Of a DNA stretch of 64,000 nucleotides, positions 1 to 9,880 are shown one piece after another. The stretch comes from an uncultured bacterium (GTDB lineage Bacteria > Hydrothermota > UBA3072 > B12-G15). A program made the translations under genes and the position numbers. The stretch's first letter is position 1. Each line of letters opens with the position of its first letter. Under the pieces are notes generated by a model. That model was given only the letters and a program-made list of their open reading frames with translations, was not told where the DNA came from and searched no databases. The DNA is taken from the NCBI GenBank assembly GCA_965612735.1, contig CBFDSV010000003.1:6113-70112 (forward strand), given 5' to 3'.

Positions 1-669
1 AAAGGCAAGTTTCTCAAGTGCAGAGGCAAGATAAAGAGGATTACCACTTATCCTTGCCCCTCCCTCGTCTGCAAGGTACTCCCTTGACCGTGAAACAGCA
101 AGCCTTATGAGGAGTGCAGCAATTGGCAGGAAGATAAGTGCAAGGAAAACAAGCGGGTTTGCCCTGTTATCATCATCACCAAGATACATACCCCACATCC
201 CAAGCCTTGCAAGAAGTGTTATTGCACCTGCGAGTGTTGCAGTGAGTGTTGAGATAAGCGTATCCCTATCCTTAATATGGGTGAGTTCGTGTCCCAGTAC
301 ACCTTTAAGTTCTTCACGTGAGAGAAGGTCAAGGATTCCCTCTGTCACTGCAACTGCTGCATGGTTTGGGTCTCTGCCCGTTGCAAAGGCATTGGGTGTT
401 CTTGTTGGAACGATGTATATACGAGGCTTTGGAATACCTGCCTTGTGTGCCATCTCTTCAACCATCTGATGGAACCAGGGCATCTCATCCGGGGAAACCT
501 CCTTTGCCCTGTACATGGATAGGACAATTCTATCACTGAAAAAGTAGGCAAAGAAGTTCATTAAACCTGCAAATATAAAGGCAAAGATAGCCCCTTCCCT
601 TCCAAATAAACTTCCCAGGAAAACAAGAAGAACAGTGAGGATTATGAGAAGAAGACCAGTCTTCACCTG
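1..669 (-). CDS. htpX: HtpX-like M48 zinc metalloprotease (partial; C-terminus lies beyond the window start)
   Basis: Minus-strand frame translates to ...[19 protein letters not shown]...[27 protein letters not shown] (HExxH plus HtpX C-terminal signature). GTG start at 669 follows AGGAGG and overlaps the tal stop. The gene is missing from the ORF track because its stop is outside the window. Confidence 0.8.
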
Positions 670-670
670 A

Positions 671-1330
671 TTACCCACCCATTACCTCCTTCCAGTCGTT
701 CAAAAACCTTTCAATACCAATATCTGTGAGTGGATGCTTTGATATCTTTTCAAGCACCTTATATGGTGCGGTCACAATGTCAGCCCCAATCCTCGCTGCC
801 TCCACAATGTGCATAGGGTGCCTCACAGAAGCAACAATCACCTCTGTTTCAAATGCATAATTCTCATATATCTCCATGATTTCTTCAACAAGGAGCATGC
901 CCTCGTGCCCAACATCGTCAAGCCTTCCAATAAATGGACTGACAAAGGTTGTCCCTGCCTTTGCAGCCAGGAGTGCCTGATTGGGAGAGAAAACAAGGGT
1001 CATGTTTGTCATTATACCCTCAGAGCGAAGGATTTTTGTGGCCTTCAATCCATCAATGGTCATGGGCACCTTTATGGTGATGTATTCACTCAACTTTGCC
1101 AGTTCCTTTCCTTCCCTGACTATTCCTTCCCAGTCAAGGGCAGTAACCTCTGCACTCACAGGGCCTCTTACAATCTCACAGATCTCTTTCAGGATGTCCT
1201 CTGGTTTTCTTCCTGTCCTCTTAATCTCCCTTGCAAGGAGGGTAGGGTTTGTTGTCACACCGTCAAGTATTCCCCATGATGCAACCTCTTTTATCTCTTC
1301 AACATTCGCAGTGTCTATAAAGATTTTCAT
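671..1330 (-). CDS. tal: Transaldolase / fructose-6-phosphate aldolase family (short Tal type)
   Basis: [15 protein letters not shown]...GVTTNPTLL... is typical of Tal/FSA. GGAGG sits 6 nt upstream of the ATG at 1330; the annotated upstream M at 1363 is unlikely. Confidence 0.85.
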   Translation of the reverse strand: MKIFIDTANVEEIKEVASWGILDGVTTNPTLLAREIKRTGRKPEDILKEICEIVRGPVSAEVTALDWEGIVREGKELAKLSEYITIKVPMTIDGLKATKILRSEGIMTNMTLVFSPNQALLAAKAGTTFVSPFIGRLDDVGHEGMLLVEEIMEIYENYAFETEVIVASVRHPMHIVEAARIGADIVTAPYKVLEKISKHPLTDIGIERFLNDWKEVMGG

Positions 1331-1447
1331 TGAGACCTCCTTTTTGGTTAAAATATATCCCAATAAGCATAAAATTCAACAGGTAAAAAAGATGTTGTCT
1401 TTTTTAAATAATTGAATATAATCCTCCAAATCTGAAGGAGGTGAAAT

Positions 1448-3619
1448 GTGATATTCTTAATCATTGCCAGTTTGATTTCAGGAAGGGTATTTGATAGTAA
1501 AGGAGAGCCAATCCCTGGAGCGAATGTTTTTATCCAGGGGACAGAACGTGGTGCTGCAACAGACCAGGATGGTTGGTTTGTGATAAAGGATGTTTCACCT
1601 GGTGTTTACACGGTTGTGGTCAGTTTTATAGGTTACAGAAGAAAGGTTATAACAGATGTGGTGGTAACAGGAAAGAGGCCAGCAGTTCTTGAGGTTCACC
1701 TTGAAGAGGAGGCATTGAACCTTGGAGGGGCTACAATAATAGATGACTACTTTGTGAGGGAGACAGATAATCCTGCAGGAAGTTTTGTTCTTTCCTACGA
1801 AGAGATAAGGAGAACAACAGGTGCAACAGAGGATATATCAAGGATAACCCATCTGTTCCCGGGTGTAACTGCTCCATCAGATGACAGGAATGACCTTGTT
1901 GTCAGGGGAGGGTCTCCACTGGAGAATGGATTTTATGTGGATGGAATAAGGATACCAAACCCAAACCATTTTTCATCACCTGGAAGTGGAGGGGGTCCCA
2001 TAGGTTTTCTCCAGACATACTTTGTTAAGGAACTGGATGTTCTTACAGGTGGATTCCCTGCAAAATTCGGGGATGCCCTTTCTTCAGTAATTGATATAAA
2101 ATGGAGGAATGGAATTTCAGGTGCCAGAATTTACACCTTTGACCTCTCTATGGCAGGGGCGGGAGTGATACTTGACGGCACAATCGGTGATGCTGGATAT
2201 ATGTTTTCTGGAAGAAGGAGTTATCTTTTCCTCCTGGAGAAGATAGGTGTTTTTGACCTTGAGGGTGTTCCTGAGTACTGGGATATTCAGGGTAAACTAA
2301 CCCTGCCATTCTCCAATGGAAGGATTGACCTTGTAGGGATTGATTCAGACAGCTGGATAAACATAACAGGTTTTGGTTCAGGGGAGGGTACCTTTGATAT
2401 ATGGAATAGGTCTTATCAATATGCAGGTGGAGTGTCTTGCAGATGGGGGATTGGAAATGGTGTAATCTCTATTTATCTTTACAGAACACGGAATAATTAT
2501 CATGTTGATACAGAAGTAAGGGACACCCTTGTTTACTTTAACAGGTCTTATGAGGTTAGAAATACAATGCATGCAGAATGGGAGAACAGTTTTGATAAGG
2601 TTAAACTTACTGTGGGATTTGAGCCATCAATACTCAATTTCAGGCACAGGGTATATGTCAGGAATGAAGTGGACATAGATAGTGATACCACAACCTGGTC
2701 GGGTTCATTATTTCTTCAGTCAAACATAAAAAAGGGCAGGTGGGCATTGAATACAGGGATCAGGTTTGACTACCTTGATATTACAGAGAAGTACTCCATA
2801 TCACCAAGGTGCTCCTTCTCATGGGAGATGAACCCTGTAACATACCTGAACCTTTCAGCAGGGCTTTACAGCCAGCATCCTCAGCCTGTATGGCTCACAT
2901 CAAATATAGGGGGTGAGAAACTTGAGGACATCAAGTGTATCCAGTTTGTTGGAGGGATTGAACATTTAATAAAAGAGGATGTGAAGTTAAAGATAGAGGC
3001 TTACACAAAACACTACAGGAACTATCCTGTTGACACTGTTGACTCAACAAGGATTCTTGCAAATGAGGGAGCATCATATGAGGGATTTATAAACTTTCAT
3101 CCCCTTTCCTCTCAGGGGAAGGGCTCTGCCCATGGTATGGACCTGGTTATCCAGAAGAAATTCACACATGGAAACCATTTTATTCTCTCGTACTCATACA
3201 TAAAAACAGGGTTTATCCCCCTTGATGGGAAAACATATCCATCTGTTTATGAAGTGCCACATACCCTTGATTTTGAAGCAGGTTTCACACCTCTCAAGAA
3301 TTTTGAGATTGGCATAAGGTTCGGATTTGGATATGGAAGAAAATACTTCCCGATTGATTCGCTTGCCTCTGCTACACAGGGGTATACTGTACGTGATTAC
3401 TCCCGTATGGAGACCTATCCACCATACCACAGGCTTGATATTAGAATTGAGAGAAGGGAGTTTAAAAAACACTATTCAGTTGTATGGTATTTTGAGATAG
3501 ACAATGTGTACGGGAGGAAGAATATAAGGGACTATTACTGGGATGATACTGATAAAACGATAAAAACAGCGTACCAGTGGGGCTTCATGCCCGTGGGTGG
3601 ATGCAAGATAGAGTTTTAG
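1448..3619 (+). CDS. TonB-dependent receptor-like outer-membrane protein (CarboxypepD_reg-like N-domain, plug, beta-barrel)
   Basis: GTG start after GGAGG. N-terminus GRVFDSKGEPIPGANVFIQGTERGAATDQDGWFVI matches the CarbopepD_reg fold of SusC/RagA-type receptors. The ...GSPLENGFYVDGIRI stretch is plug-like, and the terminal residue is F as in OM beta-barrels. Confidence 0.6.
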   Translation: MIFLIIASLISGRVFDSKGEPIPGANVFIQGTERGAATDQDGWFVIKDVSPGVYTVVVSFIGYRRKVITDVVVTGKRPAVLEVHLEEEALNLGGATIIDDYFVRETDNPAGSFVLSYEEIRRTTGATEDISRITHLFPGVTAPSDDRNDLVVRGGSPLENGFYVDGIRIPNPNHFSSPGSGGGPIGFLQTYFVKELDVLTGGFPAKFGDALSSVIDIKWRNGISGARIYTFDLSMAGAGVILDGTIGDAGYMFSGRRSYLFLLEKIGVFDLEGVPEYWDIQGKLTLPFSNGRIDLVGIDSDSWINITGFGSGEGTFDIWNRSYQYAGGVSCRWGIGNGVISIYLYRTRNNYHVDTEVRDTLVYFNRSYEVRNTMHAEWENSFDKVKLTVGFEPSILNFRHRVYVRNEVDIDSDTTTWSGSLFLQSNIKKGRWALNTGIRFDYLDITEKYSISPRCSFSWEMNPVTYLNLSAGLYSQHPQPVWLTSNIGGEKLEDIKCIQFVGGIEHLIKEDVKLKIEAYTKHYRNYPVDTVDSTRILANEGASYEGFINFHPLSSQGKGSAHGMDLVIQKKFTHGNHFILSYSYIKTGFIPLDGKTYPSVYEVPHTLDFEAGFTPLKNFEIGIRFGFGYGRKYFPIDSLASATQGYTVRDYSRMETYPPYHRLDIRIERREFKKHYSVVWYFEIDNVYGRKNIRDYYWDDTDKTIKTAYQWGFMPVGGCKIEF

Positions 3620-3844
3620 AGTGAGAAAAGCTTTCAGCAATTTTGCATAACTGTTAATTTTGTTGAAATATGGATCGGGATTGGTTGGTAACTTTATCAT
3701 TTCCTCTTTGAATGATTTAATAAATTCTTTTCTGCAAACCAAACCATTATCTGTTTAAATTTCAAAGAGTTGGGAAAAGAAAAAAACACTTGACAAATGA
3801 AAAAAATTTGTTTAACTAACAAAAAACCCAAAAAAGGAGCGCAA

Positions 3845-6800
3845 ATGTTTCTTTTCTTTCTCATTTCTCAAACTTTTAACTGGGTTCATGTTTCAAATGG
3901 AACTGCAAGTGCTGGTTCTTCTTCAGATTGTGATTATGCCTATTCTGTAGTTGTTTCAAACGATACCATTTTTTCTGGTGGTTTTATTGGAAACACCTAT
4001 AAGGCAGGCCACATTGTTGCCCTTGATACATCAGGAACATCTCTATGGACCTATACTGGTACCTATCCAACTTCTGACTGTGAGATATACGACATCGTTA
4101 GTGATGGTGAAGGAAATATCTATGCAACAGGATATTTAATTCAGAGTTCTCCTGATATCTGGATACTGAAGATAAAAGACGGTAGCCTTGTATGGGAAAA
4201 AACCTATGATGGTGGTGTCAGTGGGTTTGATATCGGACATTGTATCACATACGGAACAGATAGTTATATTTACATTGCTGGTGAAAACGAAGCCCCTTCA
4301 GATTCGGGTGCCAATATATGTATTCTGAAGGTGGATACAGCAGGAAATATCTTACACGAAATCACCATTGATGGCGGATACAGTGCAGACAGGCCAAACG
4401 ATATTCTTTACACAGAGGTGAATGGAGAACCCTATATATATGTTGCTGGATACATGATGAAAAAAAATCCTGTCAGTGGAATGCCTGAAAGAAGATTCTA
4501 TGTTTGCAAGTTTGATACTGCTTTATCCCCGACCTCTTTAGAAAGTTACATTTTTACGCAGGTTTCCAACAGCGAAGCCTATGCAATAACAAGATTCCCT
4601 GATGGTAACATCTATGTGGTGGGATACGAGAACAAAAGTTTGCCCTGGGGAGAAGAGATATCGGTCGTAGCACTCACACCAGATACCCTTGGAGAAGTAT
4701 TCCATTATTTCTATCACGGAACAAATGGTGATTCAAATGGAAATTCGGATAGGGGTTATGATATTGTTTCTGATAATTCAGGATACCTTTATTTATGCGG
4801 ATATTCATATTACGATGCACAACAGGTAAATAATGCAGTAATTATCTGTATAGATACCCTTGGAAATCAACAATGGCTATACGAATATAATCCGCATCTA
4901 TACACACCCGACGATATTTTCCGTTCCATTACCATTTATAAAAATTTTGTTTTTGCAACAGGTTATACACTTCCCTATGGCACTGTGTATAGAAAACTTC
5001 TACTTGCAGGATTGACCACTTCTGGAACAGAAATCTTTAACACCTATTACCCTGATGGCGATTCATCTGAAGGATACAATGTTGTTTATAGCAATGGTAA
5101 CCTTTATATTGCAGGAATGGTTGAAGAAACAAATGACCACAAGTTCGCAGTGTTCTCTTACAGTGTGGAGATTGACACCATTCCACCAGCAAAGGTTACA
5201 CTTATCTCTCCTGATAGTGGTATAATTTCTTCTCAGACCGCACAGGTGTTTACATGGAAGAGTGTTACAGATGCCTCTGGAATAAAAGGATACATTTTCC
5301 AGTTAAGTTATGAACCTTCTTTTGCTTCTACTATTATTGATACAATGCTTTCGGACACAGCCTTCTCACAGAACTTTTCCAATGACACAACCTTTTACTG
5401 GAGGGTTCAGGCTTTAGATTCTGCTGGCAATTATGGGGAATGGTCAAATATCTGGGACATAACAATTGACGGAACTGTTCCTACAACCCCTGTGCTTATC
5501 TCACCTGTTAATGACACAATACTTTACCTCTCAAGCGTTCAATTCCAGTGGACATCTTCATCAAAGGGAACACCTGTTCACTATGTAATCAAAATAGATT
5601 CAATAGGTCCAGGGTTTATTTCGCCTTTCCTTGTAGATACAGTGGACACAAACGTTTACAACTATACCTTTACACAGGATGGTGAATTCTGGTGGAGTAT
5701 TCTTGCCTTTGACGATGCAGGAAATACAAGTGGAACCAGTATAGACTCTTTTATTCTGGATAAAACCCCTCCTGTAATAGACTCTGTAACAATCTGGACT
5801 GATACAACCTACAGAGGTCCTTTTGAGGTGCGAATGAAGGTAGTGGATGTTTCACCATTATCAGCGGTTGAATTATATTATCATATTAACAGTGGAACCT
5901 CGGTTACATCCAATCCTGTTTCCATAGGCAACAACTGGTTTGTTGATACAATCCCTGAAATTCCTGGAACCGAAGAAGACACTGTTTATTATTCAATTTA
6001 TGCAGCAGACGCAGGAGGTAATGAATCAGAGTATCCATCTGCAGGTGCAATTTCTTTCCGTGTGCTTGAAGACACGACTTCATATACAATCGTCTGGGAG
6101 AATGACTTTGAATCCGATAGCGGGAATATGGAGGCCGCAGGTGACTGGGAGTGGGGAGACCCTGAATATTCAGGAAGTTACTCAGGTCCCTCTGATTCCC
6201 ACTCTGGAACCCTGTGCTGGGGAACTGTCCTCACAGGGGATTACTCAAATTCCTCCAATTCCATTCTGACAACACCACCTATAACCATACCTGCAACCTT
6301 AGATAGTTTTGTGTATCTTTCCTTCTATATGTGGTTTTACAGTGAAAATTATTATGATGGTGGAAATGTAAAAATCTCACTTGATAATACAACTTTCTCC
6401 GTTATCCAGCCGCTTTTCCCTTCTTATGATACAGTTATATATTCTGGAAACGCAGGAATTCCAGGAGAAAACGCGTGGACTGATACAATTGGTGCACATA
6501 ACTGGATACAAGCAAAGTTTGACCTCTCAAACTATGTGGGTGAGACAGTTTATATAAGATTCCACTTCGGAAGCGATGGAAGTGTTGTCCGTCCAGGATG
6601 GTATATTGATGATGTCACAATATATGGACTCGGACGAACAGGAACTGTGTCAAAGGATATACCTGAAAAAGACTTCTTATGTGTAGACCCCCTAAGTGAG
6701 AAACTTGAAATCACCTTTGGTCTCTCGCATCAGACTGATATCAGTATTAGGATATATGATATTACTGGCAGGCTTGTAAGAAAACCCATAAGAGGCAGTT

Positions 6801-6910
6801 ATCAGGCTGGAATTCATAGAACTGAATTTAAATTGAGACTTGGTGTATACTTTGTTGTTATGGAAGCCCAGGGAAAGATTTACAGGAAAAAGGTTATCAT
6901 TTTGAGGTAA
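3845..6910 (+). CDS. Very large secreted multidomain protein (beta-propeller-like repeats, Ig/FN3-like domains, MAM/anchor-like domain) with T9SS-type C-terminal sorting domain
   Basis: AAGGAG RBS precedes the ATG at 3845 and the N-terminus looks like a signal peptide. Repeated ...GNIYATGY/...YIAGY motifs are present. The C-terminal ~80 aa (ITFGLSHQTDISIRIYDITGRLV...GVYFVVMEAQGKIYRKKVII) resemble the Por/T9SS CTD. Confidence 0.65.
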   Translation: MFLFFLISQTFNWVHVSNGTASAGSSSDCDYAYSVVVSNDTIFSGGFIGNTYKAGHIVALDTSGTSLWTYTGTYPTSDCEIYDIVSDGEGNIYATGYLIQSSPDIWILKIKDGSLVWEKTYDGGVSGFDIGHCITYGTDSYIYIAGENEAPSDSGANICILKVDTAGNILHEITIDGGYSADRPNDILYTEVNGEPYIYVAGYMMKKNPVSGMPERRFYVCKFDTALSPTSLESYIFTQVSNSEAYAITRFPDGNIYVVGYENKSLPWGEEISVVALTPDTLGEVFHYFYHGTNGDSNGNSDRGYDIVSDNSGYLYLCGYSYYDAQQVNNAVIICIDTLGNQQWLYEYNPHLYTPDDIFRSITIYKNFVFATGYTLPYGTVYRKLLLAGLTTSGTEIFNTYYPDGDSSEGYNVVYSNGNLYIAGMVEETNDHKFAVFSYSVEIDTIPPAKVTLISPDSGIISSQTAQVFTWKSVTDASGIKGYIFQLSYEPSFASTIIDTMLSDTAFSQNFSNDTTFYWRVQALDSAGNYGEWSNIWDITIDGTVPTTPVLISPVNDTILYLSSVQFQWTSSSKGTPVHYVIKIDSIGPGFISPFLVDTVDTNVYNYTFTQDGEFWWSILAFDDAGNTSGTSIDSFILDKTPPVIDSVTIWTDTTYRGPFEVRMKVVDVSPLSAVELYYHINSGTSVTSNPVSIGNNWFVDTIPEIPGTEEDTVYYSIYAADAGGNESEYPSAGAISFRVLEDTTSYTIVWENDFESDSGNMEAAGDWEWGDPEYSGSYSGPSDSHSGTLCWGTVLTGDYSNSSNSILTTPPITIPATLDSFVYLSFYMWFYSENYYDGGNVKISLDNTTFSVIQPLFPSYDTVIYSGNAGIPGENAWTDTIGAHNWIQAKFDLSNYVGETVYIRFHFGSDGSVVRPGWYIDDVTIYGLGRTGTVSKDIPEKDFLCVDPLSEKLEITFGLSHQTDISIRIYDITGRLVRKPIRGSYQAGIHRTEFKLRLGVYFVVMEAQGKIYRKKVIILR

Positions 6911-6913
6911 AAA

Positions 6914-6938
6914 GGGGGCATATGCCCCCTTTTTAATT
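6914..6938 (+). terminator. Rho-independent terminator (GGGGGCATATGCCCCC hairpin followed by a T run)
   Basis: Perfect GC-rich hairpin 4 nt after the stop codon, followed by TTTTT. Confidence 0.8.
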
Positions 6939-7530
6939 TATTGCCCTTTCATATTCCATCAAAAGTTCAATGGAACCGTCGTAATCAACAAGCTCCATCC
7001 ACTCAAGTTTTTTCCAGACCCCTTGCTTCAAGGTCTTCTTTAAAGGAGATAAAACTTCATTTCTTTTGATTTCGCATTCTCAACAATCTATTCCATAACA
7101 TCCGGAACCTTCGTTACTATAACAACCCCATACTGTATGAAGGTTATAGCATCACCTTCGTTTGTTTTGCAGGGATGGAGGTTGAAAATTTTACATTTTG
7201 TTGAATTGATAAATTGCTCCTCCGTCGCTATATACTATAGACCACCTTGTGCACGATGTTGCCGCACAAAAAATCTTGGTTTGTGGTGGTACAGGGTGAG
7301 ATGAAGTTCACTTATAGGTCAAGGGAAAATCCCACACGACAAAGCCCAGGAACATATGTTCCCTGTACCCTCTTTATCTTGCATTATATCTTTGTTTTAA
7401 CAGGAAAGAGAAAACCAGCCCCATAATAGTATGAGTCACTATCATGTTTTAATAAAGGTGTTGAGTATTGCAAAGATTGCAGTTCAAAGAAGAAAAGCCC
7501 TTTTACTTTAAAAAGCGCATAGACTTCAAA

Positions 7531-9069
7531 TTATTTTATATACCCCAGAACCTTTTTTATAAGTTTCATGTTCAGGTCTGTTTTGTTTTCAAAAAGGCCC
7601 CTGTATGCAAGGGTTGCCTTATCCAGGTCATAGCATGTTGAATTCTCTATGTTAACAAGAAGACCTTTAAGCCTGCTCTCCCTGAACTCCTCCTGGTGTT
7701 TCACATAGAATGCCTCACAGCAACTCCCTATGTATTCATTTATTCCCTTTTTTTTCATATCCTCAAAATTGTCAAGAAGGTCTTCAAAACTTGTTACAGT
7801 TCTTGGTTCAAGCCCTGCTTCCTCTGTCCATTCATACCCCTCACCGACTTCACAATCACCGCATATTGTACACTCATCCTGGTGTCTGAAGGGACACTTT
7901 GCCTTCTTTGCACAGTACGGAAAGAGGAAGACTTCTGGGGTGAATTTATCACCCGGCCTGAAGTTCACATTGAAAAGGTTGTTGGCCTCATCAGGTGTGA
8001 AACCTTCCTTAACCCACCTCCATTTGTTGAATACCTCAGTGAATGCACCAAGAAAATCTTCAAGGGGGAGTCCGCCTTCCTTTTTTATAAATTTTTCCAC
8101 AGTTGAGATTATCTTCCTTTCATTGAACGGAATATTCTTGAGTAGCCTTTCAAGGTCAAATATTGATTCCCTATTTTCAATGAAAAAATCACCTGTTATA
8201 TATGTTGCCCTGAGCATATTGGTTCTTGCATTCACCACAGCATTCACCTTTATGGTGCCAAAGGAAGACCTGTATGTTCCTGTTAAAAGACCCTGTAATT
8301 CTTCTGGAAGGCTTATTCTGTATATCCATTCTTCAGACTCAAAGTATGGGAGTAATGACTCAATCCTCTTTTTTTCTTCAGGTGTCAACTTTTCAGGTCT
8401 GAATTCCAGACCCAGCACCTCTTCAAGCCCCTTCCTTATAGCATTTTTCAATTCTTCTCTTGTGGGAATCCTTCCAAGTTCATTCTCAATGCAGGTTACC
8501 CTTTCTCTCACAGAGTCAATCTCCTTTGGTTTTAATTTTTCTATGGGAACCTTCAGGGAATAAAGCATTTCCTGTATCCAGTCCTGAACCAGAAGTGTTC
8601 CCTGGAACAGAAAAGCACCCCTGTAAGACACACCACCCATACCGGAAATCTTCCTTCCCCCAACCTCAATGTCATTTCTCTTTTTGAAGACCGCTTTTAT
8701 CCCCAGGGTTCCAAGTCCCCTGGCAACTGCCTCTCCTATAACTGAATACATTTTTTGGGGTGGATAGGGGAACATTGATACAGGTGCAATGATTTCCCAC
8801 CCAATCTGGGATGGGTCAAAGAATATTGCACCACCACCAGTGATTCTTCTGTTTATATGGTATCCCTTTTTCTCACAATACTCCCTTCTTATCTCCTGTT
8901 CAACTGCCTGGAAATATCCAACCAGACATGCAGGTGGAGAGAAGGAGAGGAATCTTAATGTTGGCATTGGTTTTTCTGACTGCACTTCCAGGAGTGCCTG
9001 GTCAGCAGCCATGTTCCATGCACCTGTTCTGTGTCCAGTGTCAATCTCTCTCAGTACCATGTATATCAA
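7531..9069 (-). CDS. lplA: Lipoate-protein ligase A (LplA) fused to a ~180-aa Cys-rich C-terminal extension
   Basis: N-terminal ~330 aa carry the LplA catalytic motifs (NRRITGGGAIFFD; GRKISGMGGVS...GTLLV). The extra C-terminus contains CPFRHQDECTICGDCEVGEGYE...GSCCEAFYVKH. Confidence 0.75.
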   Translation of the reverse strand: MIYMVLREIDTGHRTGAWNMAADQALLEVQSEKPMPTLRFLSFSPPACLVGYFQAVEQEIRREYCEKKGYHINRRITGGGAIFFDPSQIGWEIIAPVSMFPYPPQKMYSVIGEAVARGLGTLGIKAVFKKRNDIEVGGRKISGMGGVSYRGAFLFQGTLLVQDWIQEMLYSLKVPIEKLKPKEIDSVRERVTCIENELGRIPTREELKNAIRKGLEEVLGLEFRPEKLTPEEKKRIESLLPYFESEEWIYRISLPEELQGLLTGTYRSSFGTIKVNAVVNARTNMLRATYITGDFFIENRESIFDLERLLKNIPFNERKIISTVEKFIKKEGGLPLEDFLGAFTEVFNKWRWVKEGFTPDEANNLFNVNFRPGDKFTPEVFLFPYCAKKAKCPFRHQDECTICGDCEVGEGYEWTEEAGLEPRTVTSFEDLLDNFEDMKKKGINEYIGSCCEAFYVKHQEEFRESRLKGLLVNIENSTCYDLDKATLAYRGLFENKTDLNMKLIKKVLGYIK

Positions 9070-9880
9070 CAGAACAACAAGTGTATTTGAAGTTCAATAA
9101 GTACCCTGATTTTTCAGCATGTGATAAAGCATCATCAGACCAGAGCGCCATTCTGTCAATAAGCCCTTCCTCTATCAGTCTTATTTCAAGTTCCCTTCTG
9201 TATCTACCCCTTGGCCTTGCACATCCTAATGAAACCTCCTGGAACCTTTGCCTTGCATACCTGAATACCTCAATAACCTCATCAATTGGTGGGGGTTCTG
9301 CACTCAGTATGTCTGGCATGAGAACAACGAGGACCACCCTTTTATTACTGAAATAATGAATGAGATTCAACGCCTCAAATTCACCTTTTATTTTTCCTCT
9401 ATTCACCCCAATGACAACATGAGGTACTATATCTGGCCCGTACATGTAAAGGTTATCAAGGCTTTTTTTAATAATGGAGTGGTCATTCAGGTGGTATATT
9501 TCTCTGAAGGTTTCTTCATCCCCAATCACATCTATCAGTGCCTGCCTTATCCCCGCCTTCTTTATGGCAGTGGCAAGTTCTCTGTTCACATTTAGCCCTG
9601 CGTGGCATGTAAGATAAAGGTTTGTTTTGAAGGTAGAAAGCCTTTCAAGAAAGGGCATAAGAGGGATTGTGCCATCTAAAAGACATCCTCCAGTTATCAA
9701 TGCACCAAGCATCCCATCCTTTTCAAGCATTTTAAGTGTATCAATCAGTTTTTCCGGTGTTTCACAATGGATCATACCCTGAAGAAGGTATCCCCTGCAG
9801 TGAACACATCCAAGTGCACAACTTCTTCCTGTTATGGAGATGGCAGGAAAGAGCCCTGTTTTTCCGTCAATGGTTATCAT
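9041..9880 (-). CDS. Radical SAM protein, BioB/LipS-like (candidate LipS-type lipoyl synthase subunit)
   Basis: CALGCVHC forms a CxxxCxxC motif. Additional C-terminal Cys residues (LGCARPRG, YTCCSVD) are present. The ATG at 9880 overlaps the upstream stop, although the long form starting at 9934 is also possible. Confidence 0.6.
   Translation of the reverse strand: MITIDGKTGLFPAISITGRSCALGCVHCRGYLLQGMIHCETPEKLIDTLKMLEKDGMLGALITGGCLLDGTIPLMPFLERLSTFKTNLYLTCHAGLNVNRELATAIKKAGIRQALIDVIGDEETFREIYHLNDHSIIKKSLDNLYMYGPDIVPHVVIGVNRGKIKGEFEALNLIHYFSNKRVVLVVLMPDILSAEPPPIDEVIEVFRYARQRFQEVSLGCARPRGRYRRELEIRLIEEGLIDRMALWSDDALSHAEKSGYLLNFKYTCCSVDIHGTERD

Noticed and set aside
809-1415. Plus-strand ORFs (809-1279, 981-1415) inside the transaldolase gene
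   Set aside because: They are antisense to a well-supported gene, have no RBS and have low-complexity translations. They are frame artefacts.
8460-9356. Several 75-142-aa plus-strand ORFs inside lplA / radical-SAM genes
   Set aside because: They are antisense to long, motif-supported genes. Their Ser/Leu/Pro-rich translations are typical of the reverse frame of AGG/GAA-rich coding DNA.
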